DNA of 64,000 bases from an uncultured virus (IMG/VR IMGVR_UViG_3300022198_000005) (lineage: Duplodnaviria > Heunggongvirae > Uroviricota > Caudoviricetes): IMG/VR virus record IMGVR_UViG_3300022198_000005. One strand, 5' to 3'. The translations under genes were made by a program, and so were the position numbers. This document shows positions 59,045 through 64,000 of the stretch, in pieces. The notes below the pieces were generated by a model that saw only the letters and a list, made by a program, of their open reading frames with translations, was not told the origin of the DNA and searched no databases. Numbering within the stretch: the stretch's first letter is position 1; each line of letters opens with the position of its first letter.

Positions 59045-60252
59045 CCAAATGGTTTGAAATAAATGATGTTGGAAGGGTCCAACTCGAGATCACAAACTAT
59101 TGCAATGCAGCATGTCCATACTGCGAAAGAGCACTTAGACCTAAAGATCAGCTTAATAATAGTTACATGTCTCTTGATACTATCAAGAAGTTTTTTGATC
59201 CCTATGAATGGTTAAGTCTAAATCAAATCCACCTTTGCGGTAATGTAGATGAACCGACAATCCATCCTCAACTCTTTGAGATGATCGATTATTTTCTTGG
59301 AGTAAGCCATAATAATTCTACACATATAACGATCTCTACGAATGGAGGAGCCAGAGACGAGGAGTTTTGGACTGAACTAGGTAAAGTATCATCTGCAAAT
59401 AAAGTCAGCGTATTATGGGGAATCGATGGCTTAGAAGATACTAATCATCTTTATCGAGTTGGTGTCAAGTGGAATACACTCATGCGTAATGTAAAGGCAT
59501 TCATCTCAGCCGGAGGTCATGCATCATGGCAGTTTATCGTATTTGACCATAATAAACATCAAATAGACGAAGCCAAAGCTCTCGCAAAGGAATTAGGGTT
59601 TAGACTGTTCAAGACCATATCTTCAAATAGGATTCCAAAAGAAGAACAAAGTCAAAGACCAAGCAAGATAAAACCTGAGCCAGTTAAGTTTTATAAAGAG
59701 CATGAAGCAAAAACCTTCTTGACAATACCTCCACAGACTAGGCGTGCCAATTTGATAAAGCCAGTATTTGAAAAGAAGGAATATGTAGAAAAAACTCGTG
59801 TAGATATGGTGCCAGTAGTAGAAGAAAAGAAGTCATTCAGAGTCTTTGTTCCCATACACGGAATAAAACCAAAGCTAAATACATTTAGGATTTCATTGCC
59901 TGCAAAGGGAACGCAGACGCATCCAGAAATCACTTGTGCAGCAAAGCCATGGTCTTATAAGAAACATTTTTCTCATGATGGTATCAGAGCTAACATCTAT
60001 ATGACGCACGAAGGATTAGTGTACCCATGTTGTTGGGTTACTTCGAAAAGAGGACTGACTGAATTAAAACAGACGGCGTTTGGTATACCTGCTGAAGATT
60101 ATTCTATACATCATAATGAGCTCGTAGACATCATCAACGGAGAGATGTGGACACATATCGATGAATCTATGGATCAACTAAGATGCGGTTATATGTGTAA
60201 GAACTCTATCGAACATGAAACGGTAGACATCAATCAATATACACAACTATGA
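59041..60252 (+). CDS. Radical SAM protein with C-terminal SPASM/twitch domain
   Basis: EITNYCNAACPYC, CGNVDEP, WQFIVFDHNKHQ and GLVYPCCW. Confidence 0.9.
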   Translation: MTKWFEINDVGRVQLEITNYCNAACPYCERALRPKDQLNNSYMSLDTIKKFFDPYEWLSLNQIHLCGNVDEPTIHPQLFEMIDYFLGVSHNNSTHITISTNGGARDEEFWTELGKVSSANKVSVLWGIDGLEDTNHLYRVGVKWNTLMRNVKAFISAGGHASWQFIVFDHNKHQIDEAKALAKELGFRLFKTISSNRIPKEEQSQRPSKIKPEPVKFYKEHEAKTFLTIPPQTRRANLIKPVFEKKEYVEKTRVDMVPVVEEKKSFRVFVPIHGIKPKLNTFRISLPAKGTQTHPEITCAAKPWSYKKHFSHDGIRANIYMTHEGLVYPCCWVTSKRGLTELKQTAFGIPAEDYSIHHNELVDIINGEMWTHIDESMDQLRCGYMCKNSIEHETVDINQYTQL

Positions 60253-60917
60253 CGAAAGTATTTGCAGTAAGGATCGGTGAGAAGTATGGTCCAGAATATG
60301 AGGAGTATATTGACTCTCTCATCCCTAACGTGACATGGATACATGAACCCATTCGGTATGACGTTAAGTTTCAATGGAATAAGCTGTATCCAATGTCTCT
60401 TGACTTAGACGAGCCCGTCGTGATGATCGACATTGACATGGTATTCATGAATGCTTATATGGATCTGATTGAATACCCGATCGAGAGAGGCCAGTTCATT
60501 GGTATGCATAACTGGTGGGCGACTGGCGGATGTCCTCTTCAAGGAGGGTTTCAGAAGTACTATCCTAAAGACTGTCGCTACATCTATGACAAGTTCATGA
60601 GAGACCCATCATATTGGCAACGTTATTACATTGAGAAGAAAGAAACTTCTGGGCTTGTGAACGGCGAACAGAACTTTGTATATGAGTCAGTAAATGAAAG
60701 GCTTGAACTGAAGTATTTGCCAGATCAATGGTGCACAAAGTGGAAAGCAGACCCGCAAAAAGAATGGGTAGTTAACATGAACGCTAACTACCCAGGAGAC
60801 TGGCTGTACTTAGGTGAAGAGTTTAACCCTGAGATTCGGGTTCTCCACTTTCTGGGGCGGGAGCAGGTTCCGGAGCAGGTTCGTCAACCGAAGTGGGAGT
60901 GGCTGCTGCCTGTTTAG
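60249..60917 (+). CDS. GT-A fold glycosyltransferase
   Basis: IGEKY, WNKL, IDID, GEQNF and VLHF. Confidence 0.75.
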   Translation: MTKVFAVRIGEKYGPEYEEYIDSLIPNVTWIHEPIRYDVKFQWNKLYPMSLDLDEPVVMIDIDMVFMNAYMDLIEYPIERGQFIGMHNWWATGGCPLQGGFQKYYPKDCRYIYDKFMRDPSYWQRYYIEKKETSGLVNGEQNFVYESVNERLELKYLPDQWCTKWKADPQKEWVVNMNANYPGDWLYLGEEFNPEIRVLHFLGREQVPEQVRQPKWEWLLPV

Positions 60918-61380
60918 GACCAGCATGAAACATAGAGATCAATTCTAGCATATCTGTCGACTTACGCATCGCTGCTTTCCATTCACGATCGGTCGACTCT
61001 TTAATCTTTTCATGCTCAAACAAGTTGAGCTTGAACTCAAAGAACTCTTCCTTCTTATTCGAAATGTCGATGATACTTTGGATCGTGATGGTTGTAGTAG
61101 GTGCTTTATCAGCAGAATAGATCAGGCCTTCATCAGTAGCGATCTGCTTGACCAGGCCTAAAAATGCTTGACGTTCAAGACTTCTTTTCTCGTCAGTATT
61201 CTTATTGATCTTATCCACTGTAACATGTTTTAACAACTCTTGAAACTGTACCATGTTTTCATCAGCAGGGATCACTTCTTCATAATCAGTTCCATCTGGC
61301 TGAACCCATAACGTACAGACGTTTTCTCTCTCTAGATCAACAAAGTATGCTGTTCTAAGGTTCTTTTTTTCGCTTGACAT
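60823..61380 (-). CDS. Hypothetical protein
   Basis: 185-aa ORF with GAGG RBS and Pro/Ala-rich tail; overlaps the GT gene convergently. Confidence 0.7.
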   Translation of the reverse strand: MSSEKKNLRTAYFVDLERENVCTLWVQPDGTDYEEVIPADENMVQFQELLKHVTVDKINKNTDEKRSLERQAFLGLVKQIATDEGLIYSADKAPTTTITIQSIIDISNKKEEFFEFKLNLFEHEKIKESTDREWKAAMRKSTDMLELISMFHAGPKQAAATPTSVDEPAPEPAPAPESGEPESQG

Positions 61381-61392
61381 ATTATAGTCCTC

Positions 61393-62400
61393 TTATGTTA
61401 AGTACACCCAAAGGTAGTTGGTTTTAACTGATGTCGACGCTCCCGATGGCACGTCTTGTGATCGATAGTCGTTTGCGTTGACAAATCGGTATAGAGTAGT
61501 TTGACCGGCGAGCTTGGTATCGATCATGCCGCTACCTCTAATAGCGGCTCCTGTCGCAGGAGAAGTCGTAGAAACTTCGTAACGTGTACGATAGCCAACA
61601 TGTGATTCGTTCGCCTCGTAGATATAATCTTGAATCCACTCAAAAAATCTACGAGCAAAGTTATTGTCTCCAAGAGGAGCAGAACTATACGGTTTAATCA
61701 AGCTTCCGTCTGACTTTACGAAAGCTGGCAATCTTCCTCCCCAAAGGCCAGTGGTCGCGTTCCAGTTTGTAACATTCAAATAATATTCCCCGGTGGTCTG
61801 AGGTTGATCTAGAGTGTTAGGGATACTTCCCGCAACATAAGCTGCAGCGTTTGCTCTCGTATCGACGTAGACTGTAGAAGCGTCCACGTTCGAAGCGCCA
61901 GTCACTGACGTAGTTGTATTAACCATATACAGGTTGCCTGCTGTCGCATCGCCAATCAGATTAGCCGCGCCTTTCTTTCCAGTAATTGCTGGATATACAA
62001 GCGTGTCAAACACGTCTTGTTTTGTCATTACTTTGATGTTTCCAGCTTCATAATAACAAGGTCTTAATGTAGTAGCATCAGTAGTGAATTTTTCAGTCCA
62101 TGCTTTTCCAGTATAACCGGTAGCGGTTACGGTTTGCTCAATGCGGTCATAAGTAACAGTAACAGTAGAAGTATCTGCAGGGTTTTGATAAGTGACTGCG
62201 TTAGTTGTATAAGCACCAGCTTGCAAACGAGTATCAGTGATACCGTTCAAGTTTGCATCATTAGTGCTTTTACGCGATAAACTTGTACCCACTAGTGTAC
62301 GTCTTTGTATTTCTGCAATCAACGAATCCAACTCGCCCTGAGTAAAAGATCTGGGTTGACCAGTTACCGCATCTAACCACATTGGTCTTCTCACTGCCAT
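61393..62400 (-). CDS. Putative virion/tail protein
   Basis: Thr-rich, with internally repeated (I)DT(R/K)L..G/ANA motif; in the structural operon. Confidence 0.6.
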   Translation of the reverse strand: MAVRRPMWLDAVTGQPRSFTQGELDSLIAEIQRRTLVGTSLSRKSTNDANLNGITDTRLQAGAYTTNAVTYQNPADTSTVTVTYDRIEQTVTATGYTGKAWTEKFTTDATTLRPCYYEAGNIKVMTKQDVFDTLVYPAITGKKGAANLIGDATAGNLYMVNTTTSVTGASNVDASTVYVDTRANAAAYVAGSIPNTLDQPQTTGEYYLNVTNWNATTGLWGGRLPAFVKSDGSLIKPYSSAPLGDNNFARRFFEWIQDYIYEANESHVGYRTRYEVSTTSPATGAAIRGSGMIDTKLAGQTTLYRFVNANDYRSQDVPSGASTSVKTNYLWVYLT

Positions 62401-62402
62401 AA

Positions 62403-63017
62403 TTAAGCTCCTGGACTATATATTGTTTTAAGTACTGATCCGTCTGAATCTTGGATTTCAAGTGTTACTAAATTATAGAACCGACTTGAACGAATTGTTG
62501 CGGCAGTAATCATATTATTCGTGACGCTGTTCGGAGCTACACTAAATGCACCAGTTGATGAATCGAATAAGATGCCACCTGCACTATCTTTTTGGAATAC
62601 TGACTTGATCTGTGTCGCAGTAGCTCCGCTGTAAGTGAAAGCGCCAGTACCCGAATTATAAGAGAGCGAACCAAACCCTGATCCACTTACACTTAAACTC
62701 GACTTCGCAAGAGTTTGTACTGAATCTGAAGATGAATAATATCCTATAATTCCACTCGCCGAATCATAATCGATACGACCGACCGCAGTACCAGAAGTAG
62801 TAGTATTTAGCGCTGAGAAACCTCCACGAGCAAGAATAGCTACTTCAATCGAATCATCAAGGTCAACTACGATCGCATCAATACGATTGATAGCAGCAAC
62901 AACGTCTGAATCCCCGCCGGTGAGCAATGCAGGGTCACCAACGTTCGTAGAGATCGTGTTGGTCTTACTTACCAGCGTTGATACTGGATCTGATAAGTTA
63001 ACTATTGGTCTAGTCAT
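62403..63017 (-). CDS. Short fibre-like virion protein
   Basis: KTN.IS..VGD, VAAIN and YNSGTG fibre motifs; C-terminus shared with 43624..44892. Confidence 0.65.
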   Translation of the reverse strand: MTRPIVNLSDPVSTLVSKTNTISTNVGDPALLTGGDSDVVAAINRIDAIVVDLDDSIEVAILARGGFSALNTTTSGTAVGRIDYDSASGIIGYYSSSDSVQTLAKSSLSVSGSGFGSLSYNSGTGAFTYSGATATQIKSVFQKDSAGGILFDSSTGAFSVAPNSVTNNMITAATIRSSRFYNLVTLEIQDSDGSVLKTIYSPGA

Positions 63018-63228
63018 TTCTTCCCTTTATGAGAGTCTGTAACATGGATTTGATTTCAGCCATGTCATCCTCAAGTCTATCAAGCCGCTTGGCTGATTGG
63101 ACCTTCGCTCTCTTTACCTGTTTTGCTTGGTCAATCTTTTGTTTATTTATATTGATGATGGCACCACTTACCCGGTCTCTCACGAAACCGGGATGTCCTT
63201 CAACCTTTATGTACCGTTGTTCTGTCAT
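63010..63228 (-). CDS. Small conserved T4-like phage protein
   Basis: KVEGHPGFVRD..SGAIIN followed by a coiled coil. Confidence 0.75.
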   Translation of the reverse strand: MTEQRYIKVEGHPGFVRDRVSGAIININKQKIDQAKQVKRAKVQSAKRLDRLEDDMAEIKSMLQTLIKGRND

Positions 63229-64000
63229 GTGGCTAAGGCAATGATCCTCAAGTCTTTGATGCGAGGTACACGAGAAGAGTTTGTAGAAGTCATTACCACC
63301 TTGACTTGGAACTGACTGAATGGAGCCAACGTACCAGTATCACCACCTGCAAGGAACGAGTACTCACGGTATGTAACTCTGTCGTTATCAGCTGGGAGCT
63401 CGGCCTCTTTTGCGATCTCTGTCCAAACTACATCATCAAGTACAGTGTCTGATGTGCCGCTCTTATAGTATACCTTGATGTCAGCTTCAGCTGGTCTGTT
63501 CGCGCTCAAGAACACTTTAATGCCGCTAGCTGGTTCAGCGAGAGTAACCTTCTTGGTCAAGTGTTTAGCAGCGATAGAACCTTCTGTTGGGTCAGCCTCA
63601 TCGATCCAAACCAATGGGACGTTAAATCCAGTAGTTGCAGCAGAGTCTTGATTATCAATGACGTTCTCAGTCAAGATCATCGAGACACGTTGCAAGTCAA
63701 TGACCGGAGACACTTTTGTATCAGCAGTCGTAAGGTCGATACGCATCGTAGCAGACTTTGCAGAGATCAATGTTTCGTTTGCTGGTGTCAAGATAACCTT
63801 TGGCTCATCGAGATAGTTCTTCTCGTTTAGCTGGATAGTCGTGTATGAACTTGACTTACTCCGAGTACCTGAACCAGTCATGCGATTACGAGTCGTACTC
63901 GCATAAGATCCACCAGCAGTAAGCTTCACGCCTGCACCAACGGTTGTTTCTTCTGGTTGCATGATTGTAACCAACGGGTGAATCTCATCAAAGTGTGCTT
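63225..64000 (-). CDS. C-terminal part of a large virion structural protein (DUF4815/VrlC-like); runs off the window
   Basis: Frame stays open to the window end; VSPVID, KHLTK.V.L and FQVKVVM.STNSS.VP.IKDLR.IA. Confidence 0.65.
   Translation of the reverse strand, partial: AHFDEIHPLVTIMQPEETTVGAGVKLTAGGSYASTTRNRMTGSGTRSKSSSYTTIQLNEKNYLDEPKVILTPANETLISAKSATMRIDLTTADTKVSPVIDLQRVSMILTENVIDNQDSAATTGFNVPLVWIDEADPTEGSIAAKHLTKKVTLAEPASGIKVFLSANRPAEADIKVYYKSGTSDTVLDDVVWTEIAKEAELPADNDRVTYREYSFLAGGDTGTLAPFSQFQVKVVMTSTNSSRVPRIKDLRIIALAT

Noticed and set aside
1133..63830. Numerous other 60-190 aa ORFs nested in or antisense to assigned genes
   Set aside because: Fully overlap well-supported T4-like genes and lack motifs
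1..64000. tRNA genes and stop-codon reassignment
   Set aside because: Intergenic gaps are short and show no cloverleaf or T-loop pattern; core genes are intact in the standard code and TAA, TGA and TAG all act as stops
1..64000. Impression of abundant GATC/TCGA palindromes (no restriction-site avoidance)
   Set aside because: Consistent with modified DNA but cannot be quantified by eye; needs a codon-corrected k-mer analysis

Overview
A 64-kb segment of a T4-like myovirus genome, almost entirely on the minus strand and in the standard genetic code. A proteobacterial host is inferred from the IscU/ErpA and promoter types. From right to left it holds: the C-terminal part of a large virion protein and fibre genes; a divergent island of 3 GT-A glycosyltransferases, 3 radical SAM enzymes and methyltransferase-like genes; long tail-fibre genes; the gp13-gp23 neck/packaging/tail/head module; gp3, uvsY, uvsW, gp55, gp47/46/45/44; and auxiliary redox and Fe-S genes (IscU, ErpA, Rieske oxygenase, 2OG-type oxygenases, nitroreductase, rubredoxin, Hsp20) that split the gp44-gp62-regA-gp43 cluster. 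A DNA-modification locus follows, ending at uvsX. Two candidate new systems stand out. (1) A cytosine-specific dCMP hydroxymethylase sits with two amino-acid:DNA-transferase-like proteins, a fold-II PLP enzyme, a BGT-N/SGNH-like fusion and nucleotide-sugar enzymes, i.e. thymidine-hypermodification machinery on a hmC background. (2) An Asp-Ser (DS) dipeptide appears enriched in exposed parts of many virion proteins, alongside late-expressed glycosyltransferases, radical SAM enzymes and oxygenases, suggesting virion-wide post-translational modification. All assignments come from motif recognition by eye; no database searches were run.
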